Both the position numbers and the translations under genes were made by a program. 64,000 nucleotides of DNA from Somniosus microcephalus (lineage: Eukaryota): the NCBI GenBank assembly GCA_052327205.1, contig CM126207.1, positions 62,310,001-62,374,000 on the forward strand, in the 5' to 3' direction. This document shows positions 13,270 through 27,025 of the stretch, in pieces; within the stretch, counting starts at the first letter, position 1; every line of letters begins with the position of its first letter. The notes under the pieces were generated by a model that was not told the DNA's origin, searched no databases, and saw only the letters and a list, made by a program, of their open reading frames with translations.

Positions 13270-14731
13270 GTAATTATGAAAGGTATTTTCTGAGCATGTT
13301 CAACACATTTCATAGTTGTTACTTACCAAACCTCCCTAGCATATCAAGCCCAACATGCATCAGTCAATATTGTACATGGCTCAATGTCCTTTAACCTTGG
13401 TGTAATATGCTATTACCTATCTTCCCCCTACTGCTATAGGTTGAGTGTCCTCCCAACTGTCTGTTCTCAGCAATGCACAGTTTTCACAAGCAGGCCTGCA
13501 TCGGTCATGATTTGAAGCTTAAGTTATGTGTGCCTTTGGGAGTAATGTTCACAAGATCGACATTTGCCTTTTTGCTGTGATATTTTGCACTGGAGAATGC
13601 ATAGCCTGCCCACTGTGCATTCATGTAAACTTCAAAATAGGAAAGCATCATCAAAATATCATTCAAGCTAACATCAGTAGTCAAATTTATTTGCAAGATT
13701 TATAATTACCAAATATAGAAGCAGAAAAAATAATCAGCAAAATGTTTGATTTACAATTTTTTTTAAATTGTAAAAAATAATAGTGTGTGAAATTTTAATT
13801 CAAAACCTTTTCACATAGAATTTGATTAACGCAACATAGGCTACTTTTCTCCCTGAGTCTTGTCTCATTATTACAGTGTGGAAACACAAAGCTGAAGCAA
13901 GGGAATTGCAGGTTAGCTGGCTGGCAACATCTCCAATCAAAGCAGTTCTTTTGCAATAGGCAGACAATTGTGTTACTATTTTTACCATTCATATAGATCT
14001 CAGACTTCCGGTTTTCTGATAGGTTGGTTGCTTTTGAAACATGACTTGCATCTCAATTGGCTGGGCTGTTCTCAAACAGATAGCCTGAAACTGGTACAGT
14101 AATACAAGCATCATCATCTTGAAGTATGAGCGAAGTGCTGATTCAATTAACTTGTAAGTATATGCATTCGGCACCACTGTAGGAAACTGGCTGGCTGCTT
14201 CCTCCTAAAATCCATAGCTATCTCTAGACGGGATTCCATGTTATCCTTCTTCCCCCTAAACAAAGGCAAAAGAGTCCTTTTCAGAAAGGAGCTAAGTGTT
14301 CAATTTTAAATTCATAATATATTGGAATTTCATGTGGAAAAATATATGATTTGAAGCAAGACAAGGCTCTGCTAATGTGACGGATGACCCAGACCAAGAT
14401 CCCACCCACTTAGTGTTTCCCCCCGCAGACATAGAGTCAGGCAGCTGCAAGTATTTGCTTGTGTTCCTTAGTAAGTGTAGAATTGCTCCATAATCACTAC
14501 AGCCATGGAGCTTAGTGGTATGAGTAAGTTCTGTTTCCATGATTACAAAACTGACACTCAACCTATAGCAATAGGGGGAGATAGGTAATAGCATATTACA
14601 CCAAGGTTAAAGGACATTGAGCCATGTACAGTGTTGACTGATGCATGTTGGGCTTGATATGCTAAGGAGGTTTGGTAAGTAACAACTATGAAATGTGTTG
14701 AACATGCCCAGAAAATACCTTTCATAATTAC
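13270..14731. repeat. Long inverted repeat: arms 13270-13449 and 14553-14731, ~1.1-kb spacer
   Basis: The arms are reverse complements with 5 substitutions and 1 indel over ~180 bp by manual count. TAA lies at symmetric positions outside (13261-13263, 14738-14740). Confidence 0.95.
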
Positions 14732-15092
14732 TGCCTCTAAACTTTTATGAAATGTATATATGCTTGAGATTGGTAGCAAGCAGTGCGATTAGAATAATCA
14801 TATCACTAGGCAGTGGGACTGCTTAAAAATGTCATTCGGTTGGAAAGGCCACACAATAGCTTTTGGATAAGATTGCTCAAAAGGCACACAATCTTTTTTA
14901 ATGAATAGATAATGCTTCCAGAGTTTACGGAATACATTGTGCATACAATACAATATTTATGTCCACTTTCATTTGCAAAGACACTAAGTGTAGTAGTGTA
15001 ATATAAAATTAACTTTAGAAAATAACTATTCCTTTCCATCTTTATTTAAAACAGATCTAACAGAACTCTTAATTTTTTATTACTTTACAGCA

Positions 15093-15390
15093 CATAGGAA
15101 CTGGAGCAGACCATTTAGCCCCTTGAGCCTGTTCCGTTATTCAATTAGTTCAGGGCTGGTGTGTACCTGAATTCCATTTACCCACCGTTGCTCCATATCT
15201 CTTAATCCCCATGCCTAGCAATAATCTATGCCAAACAAAAATCTATCTGTCTAAATTTTGAATCTTTCAATTGACCTAGCCTCAACAGCTTTCTGAGGGA
15301 GAGTGTTCCAGATTTTCACTACCCTTTGTGTGAAGTGCTTCCTGACATCACCCCTGAATGTCTTCATTTTAAATCTAAGGTTATGCCCTA
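15093..15390 (-). mobile_element. CR1 LINE 3' end fragment
   Basis: cataggaactggagcagaccatttagccccttgagcctgttccg...gagagtgttccagatttt matches the reverse complement of the CR1 3' end at 53700-54000 and 19455-19690. Confidence 0.75.
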
Positions 15391-18300
15391 CATCATTATA
15401 GTTTTCACAATCCACACATGTCAATGCAGTGACCCAAAAATGTTATCCATTAATATAGCACATCTATGTAGAAAATGTTACAAGGCACTTCAAAGGAGAA
15501 ATTGGCACTGAGCAATAGTTAGGAGAGATGGCAGAAAGCATAGCTTTTAAAGATGGGAGAGAAGTAGCAAGGTGGAGGGGATTAGGGGAGAAGTTCCAGA
15601 AAGTAAGACCGAGATAACTGAGTGTTCTGCCATCGAAAAGATACTGATCAGTAGTTAGGGGAAGTGACTGAAAGTGTGGTCAAATAGATGTTTGAAAAGG
15701 GTTTTGAAGGTGGAGAGAACGTTGGCAGTCCTATGGAGTTGAGGAAATGAGTGCAAGACTATGAAGGTATGACACTGATGTGATTATTTAGTTTTTGGTT
15801 TCTGATTTGAGCTGAAAGCTATTAATTATGCTTGTTTCAGCTCAGCAAAACACTATCTCTAAAATGGAAAAGTGCAGTGAATTTCTAAGTGGATTTCCTG
15901 AGAACATTAAGAGATTGTTTCATAGTATACATATTACCATATGTCATCCACTGTGAATTACAAAACAGTCTAAGCTCCTCTATTGACAATTGTTACAAAT
16001 GTTCCTAAAGTGGATAGAAGTGTGTCTACTGTCAACTATTCAGAGCAAGTAATAGGAAGAGATTTAATAAGAGAACCTATTTTTCAATTTGGACGCTAAT
16101 TATTGTAGTAGTGTGGTGGAATCTTTGTCGCTATGACTAGTTGGTAAACCATTACAGTCTTGTGTGGGAGTGCAAAATCTATCAATTTTGTAAGACATTT
16201 GTTCATGTCACAATTATTCAACAATGCTCAGCTATTATGCTGTATTTATGTACAAAACAAAATCAGGAGCTGGATCTCAACAAGAGATTTGTATTGTTGC
16301 AATTAAACTCATTCATTTTTTAACTCTGACTTTTGTTCACACATTATCCACATTTCCAGTACTTGACTACAAATTTGGGACAAAATGCACTCAAAATACT
16401 TGGTGAATATATTTATTTTTTGTTGCAAATATTCCCTCTTTTCCCCCCCCCCCCCTGCAAAACCCCTTAAAAGCGTTGATCTCTTGCTGGGATATATTTC
16501 AACAGTCATTGGATGTCCTCCATATTTCACCCTAATGGCCACAATTAGGGTGTGAGGCTTAGCATTTAGTTTTAGGTTATTTATCATGGAAGATATTACA
16601 GGAAACTTTGGTTTATCCAGAGGTTAACTGTCCGGAATACTCGAGCCACCGGCAAAAATCAGGAGCCGTTTCGTTAGTGTTTTTTTTCTTTTTGTTGCTT
16701 TTTTTTTCACCAGTCAGGCTCTGCAAGGTCTCGCTGAAGCGGTTGCTAAGCTACAGAGACGCTTGCAAGGTACGGCCGACTGTTTAGAAGCAGCAACAGG
16801 GTTTGTTGCCAGATACGGAGCTCAAAATCTCTATGTTTCAACATTAGCGCTGGTTTGTCCGGCAGTTTTGATGGGACGGCAACAGCTCGGTCACGTCGGT
16901 GCCAGATAGCACAAAGTTTCCTGTACAACCAAGCCTGATCCTGCCCTCTTCTGATGTCTCCACGTGCATATTTATAGCAGGGGTCGCTGGATTGCAATCA
17001 AGAATGGGAAGCTTGGCTGACACCGTAAAAATGTATCAAAGATTGGTCTGATTGATATTTCATCATAGATGCAATCTTCACATTTTGGAGTTTGATGGGA
17101 TAAAACTGGCATTCAAAGCCAGTGAAAGCCCCCTTTCTCCACCCCCCCCCCCAGCCCCAAAAGCAATTGCTGCCACCTCCAAAATCGACTGACCGCCAAA
17201 AAAAATGTGGAGCTTGAAACCAACTCTTTCAAGAGAGAAAAGGTTAGCAAATATAGTATAGATTAAATAGAAAAAAATATTTCAGGTTAAAAGAATCAGA
17301 ATGGGAAAGTGGTGACCGGGCATGCAATAACTGGTGTTTTAAATCTTTTTGTAAATCCATCTTCTTGTCATAGACATTTAAAGCGTATTGGGCTACATAT
17401 GGTGTACTGAAGATAGGTGGCTTCACACACTTCAAATGTGCTCCATTTTAACATTTTTGAATAGCGAACAGCGGCATGTTTTATTGGATACTTTATAAGT
17501 AGAAGGGCTTTTCTTGGCTTAGCCTGCCAAAGTTTTAATGTATTTATACAAAGGCCCTTCCTTGGGTGGCAGCCTCCTAGCATGAGGTTGATGAACACTG
17601 CTTATTTTTAGTAAAATTGTTATTTTTGTAGCTTAGTGTTAATACAGTTTAAATAGCTTTATAACTTTAATATAACTATTTCGCCTTCTGAGGATGAGAG
17701 TCAAAATCTTATAAACCCATGGAGATAGGAGTTTCTCTGGCCAGGCTGGTAATCTGAGGGCTATTTTCATATCTACTTTCCATCATAAAAGCCAGATCCT
17801 AGTATAACTCCTCTAACAATATTAATGGGGAATAATATATAGAGGTAGCACCTTGTTTAAAACACTTTATTGAAAATAACATTGGGTTTGTGATGCATTT
17901 CCTCTTGTAGAGACCCACCATTTTAGGTTTCATCTAGCATCTATGATGGGGGTAGGCAATTATTTGGGTCGGAGGGTGACTTAACAGGTTTTGCTGAGCT
18001 GTTGAGGGTTGCACAGCAATGTTCCCTCTAAGGTGCGCGGCCGCATGGTTGCGCACCAATTGCGAGTCCTTGTGCTCCGGGATCCACTCCCATATCTAAG
18101 ATGGTGATGAGAACCCCCCCCCATTGCCGTCGTACTCTGGGTACTGGGAGAGGAAAGATGCAGCGGTCTCTTTCTTCGGTAAAAGACTCATCGAGATGAG
18201 CAGCCATGACTCGACTCAGACTAATATGCAGCTTGAGCTCCGGCTCGTGTTCTGTTTCTGTCCCGTCCAGTGAGCCGGATAGAATGAACTGGCGGGCCGT

Positions 18301-19454
18301 ATTTTGCCCACCACTGGGCTAGAGGCTCTCCCGCTCTTTATTGAGGAAACTCGCAGAAACGGCAGGGACCTGATGTATCTGGGTCTGCGCCAGAGTTACA
18401 CCGGGAGACTGGCGGTACTACCGTGGAATTCAGACATCTTTCACCCAATTGTACCAATAAACAAAAATAGCATTTTTATAACTCACTGGAATGAAATCAA
18501 GCCCAGGATTAATTTTGAATTAGTTGCTAAAGTTCCTTCAGAGAGACTAAAAACTCACTGCAGGTTTTAAAAAAAAGTTCTAAGTAAACCATCTTCCAAT
18601 CGATTCGATTGTGTCAATTCTGAGTCATGTTGCCAATGGCGTTATTTTATATATTTAAAGTATTTGTTATTGTGCATTTACCTGGAAAGTTTGCACAGAT
18701 TTCTGGAAACTGAACCCACAAACCGTGAGTAACTCAGCTTTCACATTGCAGTGACGGAGCAGAAACGGAGGTTTCGGGTGTGATAATTATTTGTGAATTT
18801 AGTGCAAAAATAGGTCCCTATGATGGTGGAAATGAATCATAAAATCAGCCTTCAGTCCTGAACAGAAGAGATGCATTTACATGATTTAAAAAATAAATAA
18901 AAAATTTGTATTGAGGGTGGTTACATTGAAGGTACTCCTGTCTGCACTTTCTTTCTCCCTTTTATTAATCCAATGTATCTCAGTCTGAACAGTTTGATCA
19001 AACATTGCACTTTCTAAGCTGCAGTGAAGTGCTGTTTTGTGAATGAGTGCTATGTTTTATTATTCATGTCTTGAGAAAAAGGAAGTGAAAATGCGATCTG
19101 TAGTTGACCTAGTAGTCTAAACTCAAAGTAAACCGCATTATAGGGCTTGTGTTTGCAAATGACTTTGTTTTTTGTAGCAAGGAAATTTGAGGAAACAAGG
19201 TCAATGTAGGTTGCAGTATGTAGCCTGGCTGATTAGCAAAGTAATTCCCCACATCTATTAGGATCCCAGGCAATTCACTGGGTGGTATTTATTGCACAAG
19301 CTTCTGTTGCCAACACACTTCATTTATACCATGGAATAACTGCATCTGCAATTTATCGTTCTGGCTGGAGTCTTCCTTGATGTCATGGAAAGGTCTATGT
19401 AGGCCAATAATGGCAAGGGCAAGTATCCGCTGGCTTCAACTCCAGAGTCCACAG

Positions 19455-20750
19455 GTTATAGGCCGTTTATCCCCTCGAGCCTGTTCCGCCATTCAATGAA
19501 ATCATGTCTGATCTGTGACCTAATTCCATATACTTGCCGTTGCCCCATATCCCTTAATACCTTTGGGTAACAAAAATCTATCAATCTCGGATTTAAAATT
19601 AACAAATGACCCAGCATCAATTGCCGTTTGCGGGAGAGTGTTTCAAACTTCGACCGCCCTTTGTGTGTAGAAGTGTTTCCTAACTTCACGGGGATAGACT
19701 AGGGGAATGGGACTGACTGGATTGCTCTACAGAGAGCCGGCATGGACTCGATGGGCCGAATGGCCTCCTTCTATGCCGTTATGACTCTGACATGGGCTCC
19801 CAAGTCTCTTTGGACCTCCGCTGCTTCTAGCGTTTCACCATTTAGAAAGTACTCTGTTCTATCCTTTTTGGTTCAAAGTGGATGACCTCACACTTGCTTA
19901 TATTGAAATCCATTTGCCACAGTTTTGCCGATTTACTTAATCAATTAATATCTCTTTGTAATTTTATGCTTCCATCTACACTGCTTACAATGCTACCTAT
20001 CTTTGTGTCATCGGCAAACTTGGATATGTGGCTCTCTATCCCGTCATCTAAGTCATTGATAAATACAGTGAATATTTGAGGCCCCAACACAGAACTCTGT
20101 GGGACACAAGTCGTTCCTGCCAATTAGAATATTTGCCCATTATCCTTACTCTGCTAACCAGGTCAATAATTTGCCCTCAATTTCATGAGGTTCAACTTTA
20201 GCTAACAATCTCTAATGAAGGACTTTGTCAAATACCTTCTGAAAGTCCATATAAATAACATTCATAGGCATCCCCCTGTCCACTACTTAGTCACCTCTTC
20301 AAAAAATTCAATCCGGTTTGTCAGGCATGACCTACCTTTCACAAATCCATGCTGGCTCTCTGATCAGCTGAAAATTTTCACGGTGTTCAGTTACTTCATC
20401 CTTAATTATAGACTCTAGTAATTTGCTGACAACAGATGTTTGGCTAACTAGTCCATAATTCCCTGGTTTGCCTCTCACCTTTCTTAAATAGCGGAGTGAC
20501 ATGTGCAATTTTCCGATCTAAAGGACGGGTTCCTGAATTGAGGAACTTTGGAAGATCATAGTTAGGGCATTTGCAATGTTCTCACCTACTTTAAAATCCT
20601 GGGATGAAAACCATCTGGTCCTGGGGATTTGTCACTCTTTAGTGCCATTATTTTCTTCATTACTATTAATTGGCTAACTTTAATTTTGGTGAGTCCCCGT
20701 CCCTGATTCAGTATTGGTTTCCTTGGGATGTCTGGCATGCTTTCTTCTTT
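19455..20750 (-). mobile_element. CR1 LINE fragment (RT), internally deleted, with an opposite-strand LINE/SINE tail at ~19690-19790
   Basis: ORF 19941-20123 reads VPQSSVLGPQIFTVFINDLDDGIESHISKFADDTKIG (RT motifs). 3' UTR at 19455-19689. The insert ends with gatgggccgaatggcctccttct on the plus strand. Confidence 0.9.
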
Positions 20751-23700
20751 TGGGGTTTAAAGAAGAAATCCGGAATTCAGTAGTATCAGTACTAGCAGCT
20801 TTGCATTATATGTATACGGCTGACATGCTAACCTGACCAAGGCTGGGGCCATCAGTTATGCATAAAAAAAGCAGCTTTTATTTATCATTTCCTCTCTGCT
20901 GGTTTTATGTTCAGACTTATACTAGTGCTTGCTTGTAACCAACATCTACTTAGAAGAACTTGAGCTGAAGTACAGGGTGTTTTGATTCAGGTGGTTAGAT
21001 ATGCGATTTTCCTACATTATTTACATTTTCACTCAATTTTAGATTTGCTGCTGTTTGTAGAGTGGCAAAAAAAAGGCAAGAGGTTGGTATGCAAAGTGTG
21101 CTTTTATGAGAGAATATGCGGAAGTGTTACAATAGTAAAACTACTCTTGATGTTTGAATAACTTCTATTTATTTCAGCATCACTGTGCACAACTGCAGCC
21201 AAACCTCATCCTTCAACTCACATACCTGCCATTCTATCCATGTCCTCCTATAATCTAAATTTCCTTCTTTCCCTAGAGCAAGCCTGTGCTAGTGGCATTG
21301 ATGGATGCTAATATGATGAACAGATTCTATGTCCTGGCGGATGAGGAATATCTCGCCTAGCTATCTAGTGTAAAATCAAACCTTGTTTTTGTATAAACCC
21401 GCTGCTTTGTGACTTCATTTGTGGTATATCACTTGCTGTGAGTAGTTTGTTTTCAACAATACATTCTCATGGCATACTTTTTCCTCAATTGGGGCTAGAC
21501 TGAGTGTAATATCTAGCCCTTAATGTATTACTAATTAGAAATTGACAATTTTTTTCCCAAATGCTATTTGTTGACGATATTAAAAAATGTTTAAAAGCAG
21601 GATAAATTCCAGCTCTCAATAATGGAACTTTATTAAGGGTATATTTACATGCAGCTGCTGGTCTGAGATTTTGTAAACCAGGTTTGACACCACACCAGAT
21701 TTATGGTCCATGTGGTGTCAAAACAAAATGGTGCGAGACAATCCCCTCCAGGGCGTCTCAGTCCACTTCATTCCAGAGTCAAGCCGATCCTGATACTACA
21801 ACAATCGTTTAGTGTCTATGCAAATTTGAAATCGTTTTCACCAATGCTAAATCTGCAGCATAACTGCATTTTAAATATCTTAATGTTTTTGTTAATATAA
21901 AGACTATTGCAATAGCCTACAGTTTTTTTCTTGCAATGTGATTGAAGCCTATTTTGCAGTACATCCTGACCACTATAGAGTAACAGCGTTTCTCTTTGGA
22001 CGAGCCCCTAACTCACTGATGTAAACCTTACCAGCTCTAATGGCTTTGACCTAGTTCTTGTCATAGGGAGGTCCTTGCGATTCATGGTGTGAGAGCTGAT
22101 CAAAGCAGGGATTATGGTGACAGTTAAGTCTTTGGGGGCAGACTGTTAATTGTACCATCACTGTCTGATGCTCTGGAAAATTTGAGGTACTCTTTCAATG
22201 CCTTAGAAACCAGAGGTGTAGCACTTTTGTATGAAACAAGGCAAGATTCTTCAGTCAGGCAATTCTAATCAACACTGGCCCTCAAGGGAGTAAACTGAAC
22301 AAATTATATCTTTGTTTTTTTTTTAAAGGCTAATTAGAGACTTTTTTTCCTTGTACAAAATTAAAGTGATTCTGAAAAGTTTCAAAACTAATATATAGTT
22401 AAGTTCTTGAGACAATCAGTTTTGTTTTGAAAAACATCAATACTGTATTGCATTATTTTAAAAAAATAATCTGAAGGGACAGTAAGATTTGCCTTTAAAC
22501 TTTAAAATGTTTCGGTTTATATTCCAGAATCGGAAACTGAAATATGTTGGCTATTATGCATTTGCTGCAAAGACCTTTTTTGTCTTGCATGTTGCTAAGT
22601 GGAGTGTATCTGATGAACATGGTGACTGAATAAGTCAAATTCTGTGTGTCTGTGTTCTGGGGATCACATTCATCAATACAGCATAAAAACTGCAAACCAA
22701 TGACCTTGTCGATGAACAGCTCCTGTGCTCTCAGGATCTTTGCTTTCCTCTGATTAAAGGGCCCAATTTACAGCACAAAGGCATCGAGGGGAGGGTTGGG
22801 GGGGAGGAAAGGGTCAAAGGCAGGAGGAGGGGCAAGGAAGTGGAAGGCGAACTACTCCACCTCGCCCCCCTCCCATCCCAACCAACAATCACAGCATTAA
22901 AAATTGAAATGCCCCAACTCTTGTCTCTGCTCTTCTAGCTCCGGTAATAAAAATAGAAAGGCCGCCACTCTATGCATGGATGCCTTGCTGCAGTTATCAG
23001 CGGCATGGTGGGGGCGGGGAGGGGGGTGGGGAGATGGGCGGGCGGGTGCAGTGGTAGTGGTGGGGGGAGAAGAAAGAGCTCCCTGGCCAGCTGCATCGGG
23101 GCTAGAGGCCTGGTCTAAACAGCTAGCTAAGGGAGAAAGGGAACATGATACTGGCCGCAATAGCCTCATCTGAGCCAGGCCCAGTTAACAGGGCAAGGTA
23201 GGAAATTGCGGAACCCAGAATTATAGTGGAGAAAATATTTGTACAGTTATAACCAGTTTAAGTAGATGTAAAGTTAAATGTACAATTTCCTCCTTACATT
23301 TTTTTTAATTTGCCCTTTCCTGCCTTTACCAATATGGCTGACACTTCTGGAGGTGAAGAATCTTCGGTTGCTCCACAGTGGCACCTGAAGGTCAGAGCCT
23401 GCAATTGTATGCAATTTTTTAAAAATGCAAGCAGGTTTTTTAATCCAGTCTTCTAATTGATTTAGGTGTTAAGGTGTTGATAGCTAATTTTAGTTACACC
23501 CAAATGCTAAGATTTAACATTATCACAGCTTCAACTACATACCCAACGGGCATTGCAAGTAATATATAATGGGACAATGTCACAAAGACAGTTTTGACAT
23601 GGGGGTTTTCAGTGCATTTTGAAATGGAATAATGTGACCCATCTACCATTTTTAATAGATAATACAAACATGCAAAAATGCTGAACAGGAAAACATGGCC

Positions 23701-24072
23701 CACACATTCGTGGTGCTTTTAAATTGGGAATAGAATGGGGAGAGGATGAATTGGCTGGGGAAGAGCGGGAGAGATCGGGAGGAGGTTAAAAGGATATGTG
23801 AGGGGTAGAGGAAGACGAGGGGGAGAAGTTGAAGGAAGGGGAAGAGGAGGGGAGAGAAATTGAGTAGGCGAAGATAACAGAGAGGGAAGAGCACAGGCAG
23901 ATCGGTTGGGGAGAAAGGGGAAAAGGAGAGGGGGAAGAGGATGTGATCAGAAAAGGGAGACAATGATGGGGACAGGGTGGGTAAAAGGGCAGGGTAGTTC
24001 AAAATAAAAATAGAACAGAGAAAAATGAATTAAATGTGAATTTAAAACAGACTTAAAGAATGGAGAGAAACT

Positions 24073-24427
24073 GGGCAGCACGGTGGCATAGTGGTTAGCA
24101 CTGTTGCCTCACAGCGCCGGGGACCCGGGTTCGAATCCGGCCTCGGGCGACTGTCTGTGTGGAGTTTGCACATTCTCCCCGTGTTTGCGTGGGTTTCCTC
24201 CGGGTGCTCCGGTTTCCTCCCACAGTCCAAAGATGTGCGGGTTAGGTTGATTGGCTATGATAAATTGACCCTTCGTGTTAGGGGGATTAAATACGTGGGG
24301 TTACGGGGATAGGGTGGGATATGTGTTGGTGTAGGGGTTACGGGGATCGGGTGGGATATGTGTCGGTGCAGGCTCGATGGGCCGAAATGGCCTCTATCTG
24401 CACTGTGGGGTTTCTGTGATTCTGTGT
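24073..24427 (+). mobile_element. tRNA-derived V-SINE (HE1-like), full length
   Basis: Pol III A box (tggcatagtggtt) and B box (gggttcgaatcc). V-domain gtgtggagtttgcacattctccccgtg..gggtttcctccgggtgctccggtttcctcccaca. CR1-derived tail gatgggccgaaatggcct ending in ttctgtga repeats. Confidence 0.9.
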
Positions 24428-26091
24428 ACCAAATAAACAACTTAAAGAAAATCGGCAATAGTGGCAGAAAATAATGAAATAGGTTGGGTAAATGTGGCAT
24501 TAATAAATTGAAAGGACCCTCGCACATCAAAGCCTAGGCTTCAGTCAACAAAATAAATGAAAGATTAGGATAGCTTGGGGGTAGGATGCGTGGGGGCGGA
24601 AAGAGGGGTGAATTAATGAAATAACAGTTGTGGCTTCATGGGAAAATAAAATAAAGATCTGGGTTATTCTGGGGATAATTAAATGAAGATCGAGGCCATC
24701 ATGAAGCTTGATCGGCAGGGACAGGAAGATACAGCACCGGCTTTTCGTTCTAGTCAGCACAGGGCTATGAGGTAGGGGTGGGGTGGCAGTGAGTGACAGT
24801 CGCAGTAGTGGAAGACTAGATGGCGGGCCAGTGAGCGAGCAATCAAGCCAGCGGCCGTACTGATCACTTCACAAATGGTTGGGGGGGGGGGTGAGAAAGA
24901 GGCAGATGAGCAGTGGCAATATTGCTAGTAAGGACTGGCACGCAAAGTGGGCCCCAGGAGTGGAATCCATGGTACTCTGAGAAAGCAGGAGAACATGAAA
25001 ACATGTGCGGCATGAGCTGAGTACAATAGAATTGCCTTTACTCTTGGCAAGCTGTCCAACATTCTCAAGGAATGCACAACTATAGCACCATCCTTTGGTA
25101 AATGTTCAGCACTACAGTTACAATTGAGACATAACGAGCTTTTGAGTTCAGTTGATTGACGGTCACATAATGTTAGGTGGCATAACATTACGCTTGTCAC
25201 ATGCAGATGCAATACCATTAGAATATTGAAACCACTTGCAGTTTTTAATATATAATAGATTCACAGTTGACATATACTACCTGAATACATGAGTAAGTGA
25301 GCTGGAATTTATTCAGCTTGATGTTCGCACATCTCGCTGCAAAATGTTAAAATGCAAAGTTAAGTATTTTTTACTGGATTTGTGTATCAATATTAATTGT
25401 TTATAGTGTGAAAATAATTGATTTGTGTAGCACTGAATTCATTCATATTTAGTTTACTTTACTGTCCAGTGGACTTTACTAACTAGCTCAAGTCAACTGA
25501 GCATAGCTCTATCTTGATATTTAGGCTAGTTATATTTAATTGCTTAAACAGTTTTGTTCCTTTGTATAAAGTCTGTCTCAAAAGTGATTCCTCTGTAAAT
25601 GGAAGTTTGATGCGCTCCACTGTTTAATTACTGTATTGGAGGTATACTGTAGAAATCTAGTACTGTTTATTTTTACAAAGTGGAGCAAAGTTAGGAATGA
25701 TGGACTTTCTTATACTAGGAGCAGCTGACAACCTTGCCCAAAGGAAGTATTACATGCAATGTGAGGGGTTCTATAAATTGTACTTTTACATGGGTGCTGT
25801 TTAGTTTGAATTGTTGAATTCTTGCATCTGTGCACCAGCTGCTCAGTTTACACTGCTAAACCTGATCCCAATGGCAGAATGATAGATCCACTTTCGAGGT
25901 CAAAGATTCTGCTGCCTGGTTAAGTGGGTTAGATTTATCATTGCAAAGCAGAGACCTAGTCCATCGCTACCTGTTTTGCATGATACAAGTAACCCTAGCC
26001 AGTGTTAAAAATGGCCAAAGATTAGCTTTCCAACTTTTCCTACTTGCTAGGCACCTTTTTGTGGAGTTCCTGTATACTTTAATTTGATATA

Positions 26092-26765
26092 ATCTGATGA
26101 GTGAAATAGTGAATGGATGGATGGTAACGTAATCCTGTTCACTTCTCAACAATGGTGACAATGACCCAGATTTTACAATGAATGGCGAACGAAAGGCACT
26201 CTCCCTCCGATACGCTTACAGCAGCCCACAGACTTTTAGTGGGCTTTTGCGCAGCAATGTAATGGTAATTAGAGAGCCATTTGCTATCTGATTACTCCTT
26301 AATAACGATAAGCGCTGATAGCCTCAATGTTATACCTGCTGCAAAATCCGGACCGTTTGTATATTTTGGGTTGTGATGATGGGCTGTTCTTTTCCTTTGC
26401 TGTTCTTTCAACCAGTACCAAGGATTTGACACATAAGCAAATACCTGGAACAAAAATTAATTGTGAAAACACCAGGCTTGCAAATGACAGTCCAAAAAAT
26501 CCTGTGTTTTGTTATCATAACACTAATTCCATGTTTTGTTGCTAAAATGGAAGAGATACCAGGTGTCACAGAGAAAATCCTGTCAGTGGAGCTATTGAGT
26601 GTTTTTAAGAACTCTGAAACTCCTCTTGCCACTCATCTGATGAGTGAAATAGTGAATGGATGGGCGGTAACATAATCCTGTTCATTTCTCAACAATTGTG
26701 ACAATGGCCCAGATTTTGCAATCAGCGGTGAACGAAAGGCGCTCGCCCTCCAATATGCTTACAGC
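26092..26765. repeat. Direct duplication of 131 bp: 26092-26222 and 26635-26765
   Basis: atctgatgagtgaaatagtgaatggatgg...gcttacagc occurs twice, 543 bp apart, with ~15 mismatches by manual count. Confidence 0.95.
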
Positions 26766-27025
26766 TAGTTAGTAGACACTTTTACTGTATGGTGGGAACA
26801 CTGGTCGTGTAATCCACAAGCACTGAGACTCATCTGGAATCTCGGTGCTTGTAGATTACATGGCCACCCACCAGTGCGCCCAGGCCACAGCCTCTCTCCC
26901 TGTCGCACCCCCCCCCCCCCCCCCCCCAACCTCACTTGGTACTACCAGTTCATGGAGACACCCTCCCCAGTGCTGCATGACACCAGGACTCTGCCTATCC
27001 CACTCGGTAAGTTACAGGATATATT

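Noticed and set aside
13780-14170. Unique sequence that looks like a conserved non-coding enhancer
   Set aside because: Conservation cannot be assessed without alignments, and nothing in the sequence alone supports the call.
24073-24145. tRNA-like sequence with A and B boxes
   Set aside because: It is the head of a SINE and continues directly into the V-domain, so it is not a tRNA gene.
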